A DNA stretch of 64,000 nucleotides from the NCBI GenBank assembly GCA_025358455.1, contig JANYJP010000040.1, positions 1,758 through 65,757 on the forward strand, written 5' to 3'. The stretch is from Bacteroidales bacterium. Lineage in GTDB: Bacteria > Bacteroidota > Bacteroidia > Bacteroidales > VadinHA17. Below are positions 28,112-36,615 of this stretch, one piece after another (position 1 is the stretch's first letter; each line of letters begins with the position of its first letter). Under the pieces are notes generated by a model, which did no database searches, was not told where the DNA came from, and worked only from the letters and a program-made list of their open reading frames with translations. The position numbers and the translations under genes were made by a program.

Positions 28112-29893
28112 ATGATAAATCTACTTATAAATAACCAGAAGGTTTCAGTTCCAGAAGGAACAACTGTACTGGCTGCCGCCAAGAAACTGAAAATTAATAT
28201 TCCTACTCTGTGTAATCACGATGACCTTTGCGTGGCAGGTAACTGTCGTGTATGCGTTGTTGAACAGAAAGGTGCCAGAACACTTATTGCATCCTGTGCA
28301 ACTCCCGCAACAGATGGTATGGAGATCAATACAAATACACTGAAGGTACGGAATGCCAGGAAACATATTGTTGAACTTCTGCTTTCAGAACACAGATCGG
28401 ATTGCACCAAATGCTACAAGAACCAGAACTGCGAACTTCAGAGTCTGGCAAATGAATTTGCTTTTGGTGATCATATTTTGCTTGATCTTGTAGAAGATAA
28501 GAAATATAATATCGACAGATCTTCACCTTCATTTGTTAAGGACGACAGTAAATGTATCCGTTGTCAGCGTTGTGTCAGAACCTGTTCAGAATTGCAGTCT
28601 GTATCAGCTATCGCTGTTGCTTATAAAGGCGCTCACCAGAAAATATCGTCATTTCACGATAAACCAATGAGCCATGTAGTTTGCACAAACTGCGGCCAGT
28701 GTGTTAACCGTTGCCCGACAGGTGCGTTGGTTGAAAAGACTTATATCGATCAGGTATGGGACGCAATTTATGATCCTGATAAACATGTTGTTGTACAGAC
28801 TGCTCCGGCTGTCAGAGTAGCCTTGGGCGAAGACCTTGGATATGATCCGGGTGAAAGAGTAACAGGTAAAATGGTTAATGCCCTGAAACAACTTGGATTC
28901 AACTCAGTTCTTGATACTGATTTTAGCGCTGACCTTACAATTATGGAAGAGGGTACTGAACTGCTTGTCAGACTGAAAAAAGCACTTGTTGACGGTGATA
29001 AAGCAATATCACTGCCAATGTTTACATCATGTTCACCAGGCTGGATAAAATTCATTGAACATAAATACCCGGAGTATCTTCCTAATCTTTCTACCTGCAA
29101 ATCACCCCAGCAGATGTTCGGAGCTCTTGCAAAAACATATTATGCAAAGAAACGTAACCTCGATCCGTCTAAAATTGTTTCAGTTTCAATAATGCCATGT
29201 ACAGCTAAGAAATTTGAAGCTGACAGGCCTGAAATGAGGGCAAGCGGATTTAAAGATGTCGATTATGTTCTTACCACGCGCGAACTGGCAGTCATGATCA
29301 AACAGGCTGGTTTGGATTTCAGGAATCTTGAAGAGGCAAAATATGATTCATTTATGGGTGATTCAACCGGAGCTGCAGTTATATTCGGAGTTACAGGAGG
29401 TGTTATGGAAGCAGCATTACGCACAGCTTATGAGATTGTTACCGGACGCGAAATTCCTTTTGGGAACCTGAACATTACACCAGTCAGAGGAATGGATGGA
29501 GTCAAAGAAGCTACTTTAAAGATTGAGGGATGTGTAGATGCATGGAAGTTTCTGGAGGGTGCTGAACTTAAGGTTGCAATTGCTCACGGACTTGTTAATG
29601 CCAATAAAATCATGAAAATGGTTAAGGACGGAAAAGCTTCTTACCACTTCATTGAGATTATGGGTTGCCCGGGAGGTTGTATAGGTGGCGGCGGACAGCC
29701 TATTCCTACCAACATGGAGATCAGAAAAAAACGAATGAAAGCAATTTATGCGGAAGATGAGCATATGGTTCTTCGTAAATCACATGAAAATCCGGAGGTT
29801 ATTGCAATCTACAAGGAGTTTCTCGATCAGCCTAACAGCCACAAATCGCATGAACTGCTTCATACTCATTATGTAGAACGCGATAACTATTAA
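28112..29893 (+). CDS. hydA: [FeFe]-hydrogenase catalytic subunit, group A, M3 architecture
   Basis: 593 aa. It has an N-terminal plant-type [2Fe-2S] site, a His-ligated cluster (HRSDCTKCYKNQNC), and two ferredoxin motifs (CIRCQRCVRTC, CTNCGQCVNRCP). H-cluster motifs are FTSCSPGW, MPCTAKKFE and EIMGCPGGCIGGGGQP. Confidence 0.9.
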   Translation: MINLLINNQKVSVPEGTTVLAAAKKLKINIPTLCNHDDLCVAGNCRVCVVEQKGARTLIASCATPATDGMEINTNTLKVRNARKHIVELLLSEHRSDCTKCYKNQNCELQSLANEFAFGDHILLDLVEDKKYNIDRSSPSFVKDDSKCIRCQRCVRTCSELQSVSAIAVAYKGAHQKISSFHDKPMSHVVCTNCGQCVNRCPTGALVEKTYIDQVWDAIYDPDKHVVVQTAPAVRVALGEDLGYDPGERVTGKMVNALKQLGFNSVLDTDFSADLTIMEEGTELLVRLKKALVDGDKAISLPMFTSCSPGWIKFIEHKYPEYLPNLSTCKSPQQMFGALAKTYYAKKRNLDPSKIVSVSIMPCTAKKFEADRPEMRASGFKDVDYVLTTRELAVMIKQAGLDFRNLEEAKYDSFMGDSTGAAVIFGVTGGVMEAALRTAYEIVTGREIPFGNLNITPVRGMDGVKEATLKIEGCVDAWKFLEGAELKVAIAHGLVNANKIMKMVKDGKASYHFIEIMGCPGGCIGGGGQPIPTNMEIRKKRMKAIYAEDEHMVLRKSHENPEVIAIYKEFLDQPNSHKSHELLHTHYVERDNY

Positions 29894-29921
29894 GACTAAC
29901 CTATACTGATTTATACTAAAG

Positions 29922-29949
29922 AGAAAACCGGCTAATTAGCCGGTTTTCT
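29922..29949. terminator. Bidirectional terminator hairpin between the convergent hydA and flavoprotein genes
   Basis: Perfect 28-nt palindrome AGAAAACCGGCTAA/TTAGCCGGTTTTCT, 29 nt after the hydA stop. Confidence 0.6.
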
Positions 29950-30018
29950 TGTCTGGTAACCCTGCGGTCCAGATGCCTTGAAGACCTGTTGTCTTTAAGT
30001 CTCAAGGTCGTGCAGTCT

Positions 30019-30600
30019 TTAATTTTTGCTTTTTATCTTTTTAAGTAACCAGGCCATATTTTCCCCCAGTACTCTCATCGTCTTCATTCCTTCTTCATCT
30101 TTGAGCACTTCACCTTTCTCCCTGCCTATGCCAATATTCCAGTAGCTTGAGCCGGGTATAATCATTTCATTTATTAAAAAGAAATGATTTATGCTGTCGA
30201 AAGAATGTATTGCTCCGCCACGTCTTACTGCAACTACCCCGGCTCCGAGTTTTCGTTTTAAAGGTCTGCCTGAAGCGCCTAACGCGTAGCTCGAAACTTC
30301 AATCAGTGCTTTTGCATCAGCGCTGATATCAGCATGATAAACAGGCGATCCGATAATTATTGCATCGGCTTTTACCATTCTCCCTATGCATTTGTTAATT
30401 ACCTCATTATTCTGATGACATATGCCATCGGCTTTCTTCCTGCATTTCATACAGGCAATACAACCATGGACTTTTTGTCCTCCGATCTGGAAAAATTCTG
30501 TTTTAATACCTTCCTTTTCCAGTGCACTGAAGACCTCCCTTATAAGTATTTCTGTGTTTCCTCCTTTGCGGGGACTGCAATTAATTCCTAGTACTTTCAT
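30019..30600 (-). CDS. Iron-sulfur flavoprotein / NADPH-dependent FMN reductase family
   Basis: 193 aa. Flavodoxin-like N-terminus MKVLGINCSPRKGGNT. Compact cysteine motif C-IA-C-MK-C-RKKADGI-C (CX2CX2CX7C), as in Isf-type proteins. Confidence 0.75.
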   Translation of the reverse strand: MKVLGINCSPRKGGNTEILIREVFSALEKEGIKTEFFQIGGQKVHGCIACMKCRKKADGICHQNNEVINKCIGRMVKADAIIIGSPVYHADISADAKALIEVSSYALGASGRPLKRKLGAGVVAVRRGGAIHSFDSINHFFLINEMIIPGSSYWNIGIGREKGEVLKDEEGMKTMRVLGENMAWLLKKIKSKN

Positions 30601-30611
30601 GATATTCTGAT

Positions 30612-33581
30612 TTAACCTATAATATTGAGAATATGTTCTATGTCTATGTCTTTCAGAGGGTTATTGCTTGAAATAAATGTATCAGCAAGCTTGGATTTTT
30701 TCTCCTGTAACCTGGTTATCTTCTCTTCAATACTGTTGCTTGTAATATACCTGTAAACGAATACACTCTTGTCCTGACCTATCCTGTGGGCACGGTTTAA
30801 TGCCTGCATTTCAGAAGCAGGGTTCCACCATGGATCGAGAATGAATACGTAATCAGCTGCAGTAAGATTAAGCCCTACACCACCTGCCTTTAGCGAGATA
30901 AGAAAGATTTTGTTATCCGGATCATTCTGGAAACTATTAACGATTTTTTCCCTGTTGGTACTGGCGCCCGTCAGCATGGCAAACCGGATCCTTTTCTTTT
31001 TTAATTCTTCGGCATAGAGGTCAAGATGCTTCACAAAGGAGGAAAATACCAATATTTTATGTCCTTCAGAAATAACACTTTCCATATCCTGCAGAACTGT
31101 TTCAAATTTACCGGAACCTGAAGAATAATCTTCATATGCCATTAGCGGATGATTGGATATCTGACGTAGTTTCATCAGACCCTGCAAGACGACAATTGCA
31201 GATTTTTCAGGACCGGTTGATGAAAGGCTTTTAAGGATACTGTTCCTGACTGCTGATTTTTCTTCATCATATATTTTTTCCTGATCGTCAGTCATGTCAC
31301 AGAATACAGTCTGCTCAGTAATAGGAGGCAGATCTTTTGCAACCATGTCTTTTGTACGCCTGAGGATGAATGGCTGTATTATCTTTCTGAGTTTCACTTC
31401 TTTTTCGTCATCACCAAGCGTCTCGATTGGTTTAGCAAATTCCCGTCGGAAAAATGACAGATCTCCCAGAAGACCGGGATTTACAAAATTCAATTGTGTC
31501 CAAAGGTCAGTAAGAGAGTTTTCCACCGGAGTACCCGTAAGAACAAGTTTAAATTCCGAATCGAGCCTGATCACAGTTTTGTACAGCATAGAAGCAGGGT
31601 TCTTTATCACCTGACTCTCATCAAGAATAATATAATGAAAATGGAAAGAGCTGATTAACTCAATATCTTGTCTGATTGTATGATAACTCGAAAGAATAAT
31701 GTCAAAATTATGAAAATATGCAGTTGCTTTTTTACGCTGATTCCCCTTGTAACTGCAAACCTTCATGCCCGGAACAAATCTTCTTATCTCATTTTCCCAA
31801 TTATAGATAAGAGACGCGGGAACAATCAACAGGGTTGTAAGCTTTAACTCAGGCTTTTCGAAAAGGGTTTGTTCGCTTTGTTTTCCTTTACCTGAAACAG
31901 GAACCTTACTTTCCTTGTTATGCTGAAGGAGAGCAAGAGTCTGGATCGTTTTTCCAAGTCCCATATCATCAGCGAGGCATCCGCCAAGTCCGGCCGTCTG
32001 AAGATAATTCAGCCAATTGAGTCCTTCTGACTGATATTCTCTCAAATTACAATTAAGGCCTGATGGCGTTTCAACCACAGTAATCTGATCCGGCACAAGA
32101 AGTTTCGCAAGTCTTTCAAATCCCATCTTTCCATCATCGGAAAGAGTATCAGACAATAATGAAAAATGTTGTTTATGAATTCTCAGGGAGTCTTCTGAAC
32201 TCTTTCCAAACTCAAAAATATTTTTATATCTCGTGAACCATGTTTCAGGTAATATTGCGATTGACCCGTCAGGTAATATGAATTCCCGTATGCCCTCCAG
32301 TATATTTTTCCCGAAACGGTTAAATGGAATTTCATACTCACCGATTTTAACTATTGCTTTCAGATCAAACCAGTCATTTACCAGCTGACTGCTAATCTCA
32401 ATGCTGACCTGTCTTAGATTAAAATTATTATCAAGCCTTGATGAAAGAAGAAACCCGGCATCTATAATTTCCTGATAATTGGTGTTCACTTTTTCAATTA
32501 ATGAATACAAATCATTCTTCTTCCTGTTGTCAGAAAAGAGTGGAAGAAAATTTATGTCATCATCTGAAAAGAAACCGAGTTCGCCAAGGGTATCACGACA
32601 TCTTTTTTCCCAGTCATAATCACGTTGGAATTTTCTGTAAGTGAAATTATCACCTTTTTTATCAAATACTGTAAAAGTATGTAATGGCTCACTGGCAAAT
32701 ATTTTATTTCCCTGATAATTGTACTTAAGAATTAACACAGGTGTTCCGCTCAGGCCTGTTTCAATCTCAAGAATAGCCTCCTTAGTTGGATTGATTTGCT
32801 TTATTTCAAATCCTGTGTTTTCAACTTTGAAATTATTTACAGCATTCAGAACAAATCCGCTAAAATATTTTACCTCCGTTTTTTTCGGAATTATAATATT
32901 CTCTTTTGTAAGGAAAGGTTTAATCTTTGAGCCATCAACTTCCGACACAAATAGTATCCTGTGATCCTCTCTTATGAGGCAGGGAGACATACATATAATG
33001 TCTATGGAGCTTTTTCTCATGTCGATTATCTTTCCACCAACTTCCAGGCTGAGATTATAAGTGCTTTGTTCCTCATTTCTGCTAAACATGAATACGGGCA
33101 CAGCACTATCTGCACTTAAAGAAAGTCTATCTTCAGTATGAAGTGTCCCGGATTTTGATTTCTGGTAACAAACCGGGATATTTTCGTCCCTGGCAATTGT
33201 GAGGCATTTATAAATTCTTCTCTCAACATACGGCCTGATGAAATCTTCAATCTTATCATGGGTAACTTTCTCAAGAAATTCCTTTACGGTCTTATCTTTT
33301 GAAAATATCTTGTACAGATTCCTGTCCGTATATTCATTAATTATCTTAACTACTTCCCTTTCTTCCGAGGTGAGAGTGCCAAGCGTGTCGATATTAGGAA
33401 ATGGAGTGAGGCATTCTGACAACTTATAATAGCCTCTGTTTGATTCATTTATGATAATATAGGGTAGCAGAATTTGTCCCCAAAGTCTGTGTGGTGTTAG
33501 TATTAGTGTGAAGAGTTTCTTCTTTTTTGATGGACCTGTTTCCAATATCTTCATTTTTAATTTACCTGCAATGATGGTCAT
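30612..33581 (-). CDS. SNF2-family ATP-dependent helicase with about 500 aa of uncharacterised N-terminal region
   Basis: 989 aa. LREYQSEGLNWL, motif I DDMGLGKT, motif II ILDESQVIKN, and C-terminal GGVGLNLTAADYVFILDPWWNPASEMQALNRAHRIGQ. Confidence 0.85.
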   Translation of the reverse strand: MTIIAGKLKMKILETGPSKKKKLFTLILTPHRLWGQILLPYIIINESNRGYYKLSECLTPFPNIDTLGTLTSEEREVVKIINEYTDRNLYKIFSKDKTVKEFLEKVTHDKIEDFIRPYVERRIYKCLTIARDENIPVCYQKSKSGTLHTEDRLSLSADSAVPVFMFSRNEEQSTYNLSLEVGGKIIDMRKSSIDIICMSPCLIREDHRILFVSEVDGSKIKPFLTKENIIIPKKTEVKYFSGFVLNAVNNFKVENTGFEIKQINPTKEAILEIETGLSGTPVLILKYNYQGNKIFASEPLHTFTVFDKKGDNFTYRKFQRDYDWEKRCRDTLGELGFFSDDDINFLPLFSDNRKKNDLYSLIEKVNTNYQEIIDAGFLLSSRLDNNFNLRQVSIEISSQLVNDWFDLKAIVKIGEYEIPFNRFGKNILEGIREFILPDGSIAILPETWFTRYKNIFEFGKSSEDSLRIHKQHFSLLSDTLSDDGKMGFERLAKLLVPDQITVVETPSGLNCNLREYQSEGLNWLNYLQTAGLGGCLADDMGLGKTIQTLALLQHNKESKVPVSGKGKQSEQTLFEKPELKLTTLLIVPASLIYNWENEIRRFVPGMKVCSYKGNQRKKATAYFHNFDIILSSYHTIRQDIELISSFHFHYIILDESQVIKNPASMLYKTVIRLDSEFKLVLTGTPVENSLTDLWTQLNFVNPGLLGDLSFFRREFAKPIETLGDDEKEVKLRKIIQPFILRRTKDMVAKDLPPITEQTVFCDMTDDQEKIYDEEKSAVRNSILKSLSSTGPEKSAIVVLQGLMKLRQISNHPLMAYEDYSSGSGKFETVLQDMESVISEGHKILVFSSFVKHLDLYAEELKKKRIRFAMLTGASTNREKIVNSFQNDPDNKIFLISLKAGGVGLNLTAADYVFILDPWWNPASEMQALNRAHRIGQDKSVFVYRYITSNSIEEKITRLQEKKSKLADTFISSNNPLKDIDIEHILNIIG

Positions 33582-33703
33582 TGTTGCCCGATTTTCAAAG
33601 GAATTAATTCTTAGATTTGTTATGAATAATAAAATATAGTGCCCGGAGTGTCTGGAATACCCGGAGTACTTGCTGTTTTAATATTTAATTTTAGGCACTT
33701 CAT

Positions 33704-34768
33704 TTGAGAAAGATAATACATATCGATATGGATGCTTTTTTTGCATCTGTAGAACAGCTTGATAATCCTCAGCTCCGGGGAAAACCTGTAGCTGTAGGTG
33801 GAAGCGGGGAGAGGAGTGTTGTAGCCGCAGCCAGCTATGAGGCCAGAAAATTCGGTGTGAGATCAGCCATGTCGTCTGTTATTGCCAAACGATTATGCCC
33901 TGATCTTATTTTTGTTAAACATAATTTTGACAGGTATAATGAAGTATCTGCAAGCGTGATTGAGATTTTTAAGGAGTATACCGATATTATTGAACCGCTG
34001 TCAATTGATGAAGCATTTTTAGATGTTTCGGATGATAAACAAAAAATTGGGTCCGCTACCCTGATAGCAAAAAAGATCAGGAGCGAAATAAAAAAGAAAA
34101 CAGGTCTTACTGCATCAGCCGGTATTTCGGTAAATAAATTTCTTGCCAAGATAGCTTCAGATATAAATAAGCCTGATGGCTTCTTTTTGATCAAACCCGA
34201 AGAAGCTGAAAAATTCATCGGAGAGCTTGCAGTTGAAAAGTTCTATGGCATCGGAAAAGTGACTGCCGAGAAGATGCATAAGCTTGGAATTCATAAAGGC
34301 TCCGATCTGAAGAATTGGGATCTGGTTTCGCTGGTCAGAAATTTTGGCAAAGCAGGAGTCTTTTTTTATGATATTGCCAGGGGTAATGATGACCGTCCCG
34401 TAGAACCTGATCAGGAACGCAAATCCATTGGAACGGAACTCACCTATGATAAAGATCTTACAACCCGGTTTGAGATCATTGCAGAGTTATATAAGCTTGA
34501 AAAAGAGCTTATGCAAAGACTCGAACACTCAGAAACATCAGGGAGAACTATTACTTTAAAGGTTAAATTTTCAGATTTCAGGCAGTTGACCAGGAGCAAG
34601 ACACTTCAGCACTATATCAGAGATTTTGATACACTGCACAGAGAAGTATCATCAATCAGGAAATCCCTTAAACTTGAGGATGTAAGAATAAGACTCCTGG
34701 GAGTAACCATATCTAACCTTGAAACGGATGACTGTGCTGACAGACAGCTATATCTGTTTGAAGATTGA
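33704..34768 (+). CDS. dinB: DNA polymerase IV (Y-family)
   Basis: 354 aa with a TTG start. Motifs IIHIDMDAFFASVEQ and SIDEAFLDVS. Confidence 0.9.
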   Translation: MRKIIHIDMDAFFASVEQLDNPQLRGKPVAVGGSGERSVVAAASYEARKFGVRSAMSSVIAKRLCPDLIFVKHNFDRYNEVSASVIEIFKEYTDIIEPLSIDEAFLDVSDDKQKIGSATLIAKKIRSEIKKKTGLTASAGISVNKFLAKIASDINKPDGFFLIKPEEAEKFIGELAVEKFYGIGKVTAEKMHKLGIHKGSDLKNWDLVSLVRNFGKAGVFFYDIARGNDDRPVEPDQERKSIGTELTYDKDLTTRFEIIAELYKLEKELMQRLEHSETSGRTITLKVKFSDFRQLTRSKTLQHYIRDFDTLHREVSSIRKSLKLEDVRIRLLGVTISNLETDDCADRQLYLFED

Positions 34769-34813
34769 TACTATGAAAACTGAGAGACCGCAAGACAATT
34801 AATAGTCTTATAA

Positions 34814-35725
34814 TCAGAACAATCCATCAGTGCTCAGATATCTTTCGCCAGTATCATAATTGAAGGTGAGGATTCTTGCTCCTTTAGGGAATTCACTTAA
34901 TCTTTTATTTATTGCCGCCAGATTCGCCCCGGTAGATATGCCGACAAATATTCCCTCTTCTTTAGCTGCTCTTTTTGTAAATGTATATGCTTCTTCTTTG
35001 CCTACTCTGATAATTCCATCCAGGAGGTCCGTTTTCATTATCGATGGAATAAACCCGGCGCCAATTCCCTGCAATGGATGCGGAGAGGGAGCTCCACCGC
35101 TTAACACGGGAGATAATTCCGGCTCTACTGCATATACTTTCAGATCAGGGAAAGACTTTTTTAGTATTTCTGAACATCCTGTAATATGGCCACCAGTTCC
35201 AACCCCGGCAATCATATAGTCGAGTCCTTCAGGAAAGTCTTTTAGTATCTCCATTGCTGTGGTCTTCCTGTGGATCTCTGTATTTGAAGGGTTATCGAAC
35301 TGCATTGGTATCCAGGAGTCAGGTATTTCAGACTGTAATTGTCGTGAACGTTCAATTGCGCCTTTCATTCCTTTTTCCCTTGGAGTTAAATCGAATTCAG
35401 CGCCATAGGCGCTCATTATCTTTCTTCTTTCGAGCGACATTGATTCGGGCATTACAAGTATGATCCTGTAGCCTTTCACTGCTGCCACCATTGCCAGACC
35501 AATACCAGTATTACCAGAAGTTGGTTCAATTATTACGCTATCAGGTTTAAGCAATCCCCTCTGCTCTGCATCAATTACCATAGACAGGGCAATCCGGTCC
35601 TTAATACTTGCACCCGGATTTGACCTTTCGAGTTTCATCCATACTGAAACACTATCAGGAAAAAGTCTGTTAATTTTTACATGAGGTGTGTTTCCAATTG
35701 TCTCAAGAATTGAATTTGCTTTCAT
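34814..35725 (-). CDS. cysK: Cysteine synthase A (O-acetylserine sulfhydrylase)
   Basis: 303 aa. PLP-lysine context NPGASIKDR. Motifs TSGNTG and [10 protein letters not shown]. Confidence 0.9.
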   Translation of the reverse strand: MKANSILETIGNTPHVKINRLFPDSVSVWMKLERSNPGASIKDRIALSMVIDAEQRGLLKPDSVIIEPTSGNTGIGLAMVAAVKGYRIILVMPESMSLERRKIMSAYGAEFDLTPREKGMKGAIERSRQLQSEIPDSWIPMQFDNPSNTEIHRKTTAMEILKDFPEGLDYMIAGVGTGGHITGCSEILKKSFPDLKVYAVEPELSPVLSGGAPSPHPLQGIGAGFIPSIMKTDLLDGIIRVGKEEAYTFTKRAAKEEGIFVGISTGANLAAINKRLSEFPKGARILTFNYDTGERYLSTDGLF

Positions 35726-35745
35726 GATTAATGTTTAAATCTAAA

Positions 35746-36510
35746 TTAAATGATAAAGTTAATTGGCTCCTGAAATTTATTCTGGTCCCTTACAATTATT
35801 TCACTTTTGTGATAAGCAACTGAAAATGGAGCTATGCTCTCGGTTAACCAGACGTTTCCTCCGATTATACTGTTTCTGCCTACTACGGTAGCTCCACCAA
35901 GTATTGTACATCCTGAATACAAGATGACATTGTCTTCAATTGTCGGATGTCTTTTCTTAGATGCCTTGCCTTTGTCAACACTAAGGGCGCCAAGAGTAAC
36001 TCCCTGATAAAGCTTAACATTATTTCCTATTATTGTGGTTTCCCCGATAACAATACCTGTTCCATGATCTATTGAAAACGGAGACCCAATAATTGCTCCG
36101 GGATGAATGTCGATACCAGTTGTCTTATGCGCGTACTCCGTAATCATCCTCGGAAGTAAGGGAACTGAAAGCTTATCAATGGAATGGGCAATCCGGTAAC
36201 AAAATATAGCAAAAAAACCAGGATAGATTGCGATTACCTCTGCAAGTTCTTTTGCAGCAGGGTCTGATTGCAGAATAAATTCTGCATCCTTTAAAAGAGT
36301 AGTTTTTGTTGACCTGAAAGTGTTAATGAATTGCTGCAAAGTTTCTTCATGATCCGGTATCAATCCAATAAAGATATTAACCAGTTGTTCCCTGAGAGAA
36401 TTCCCTGACAGGTCAAATTCCAGACTGGTTAAATTCTCATTATAAGGGAATAATAGTCTATAAACCTTTTTGACAGCTATTTCAACACCTTTTTTATTTG
36501 GGATAGTCAC
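35746..36510 (-). CDS. cysE: Serine O-acetyltransferase
   Basis: 254 aa with a GTG start. Left-handed beta-helix hexapeptide repeats (IHPGAIIGSPFSIDHGTGIVIGETTIIGNNVKLYQGVTLG). Sits 20 nt upstream of cysK. Confidence 0.85.
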   Translation of the reverse strand: MTIPNKKGVEIAVKKVYRLLFPYNENLTSLEFDLSGNSLREQLVNIFIGLIPDHEETLQQFINTFRSTKTTLLKDAEFILQSDPAAKELAEVIAIYPGFFAIFCYRIAHSIDKLSVPLLPRMITEYAHKTTGIDIHPGAIIGSPFSIDHGTGIVIGETTIIGNNVKLYQGVTLGALSVDKGKASKKRHPTIEDNVILYSGCTILGGATVVGRNSIIGGNVWLTESIAPFSVAYHKSEIIVRDQNKFQEPINFII

Positions 36511-36532
36511 AATTTTTAAATTTTGTGTATTA

Positions 36533-36540
36533 CAAACTTA
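36533..36540 (-). promoter_or_regulatory. Candidate Bacteroidota -7 promoter element for cysE-cysK
   Basis: TAAGTTTG on the minus strand matches TAnnTTTG. It lies 22 nt upstream of the cysE GTG. No clear -33 TTTG. Confidence 0.3.
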
Positions 36541-36585
36541 AACATTTTTATAAACACTTTGTTCAACCCGGCTTTTCATTAAAAA

Positions 36586-36615
36586 GGAGAAGGGGCGAGG
36601 GGGAGAAAGGGAGAG
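36586..36615. repeat. G/A-only tract abutting the cysN stop; related copy at 51383-51406
   Basis: GGAGAAGGGGCGAGGGGGAGAAAGGGAGAG on the plus strand. It reads as a C/U-rich, G-free run on the cys transcript. It stands out in an AT-rich genome. Confidence 0.4.

Noticed and set aside
29976-30007. Second hairpin (CCTTGAAGAC...GTCTCAAGG) after the flavoprotein gene
   Set aside because: It has a bulged 9-bp stem with no U-tract on either strand. The perfect palindrome at 29922-29949 is the more likely terminator.
30612-33581. SNF2 helicase as the core of an anti-phage defence system (DISARM/Zorya-like)
   Set aside because: No methyltransferase, nuclease, PLD, DUF1998 or other partner genes are adjacent. 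The neighbours are a flavoprotein and dinB. A long SNF2 protein of this kind appears to be a conserved stand-alone gene in Bacteroidota.
33835-34218. 127-aa minus-strand ORF inside dinB, and similar ORFs inside hydA (28768-29100) and the SNF2 gene (31294-31614)
   Set aside because: Antisense shadow ORFs within genes that have clear catalytic motifs.
36586-36615. G-quadruplex in the purine tract
   Set aside because: There are only three runs of three or more Gs plus GG dinucleotides, so the canonical four-run requirement is not met. The transcribed strand here is the C-rich one.
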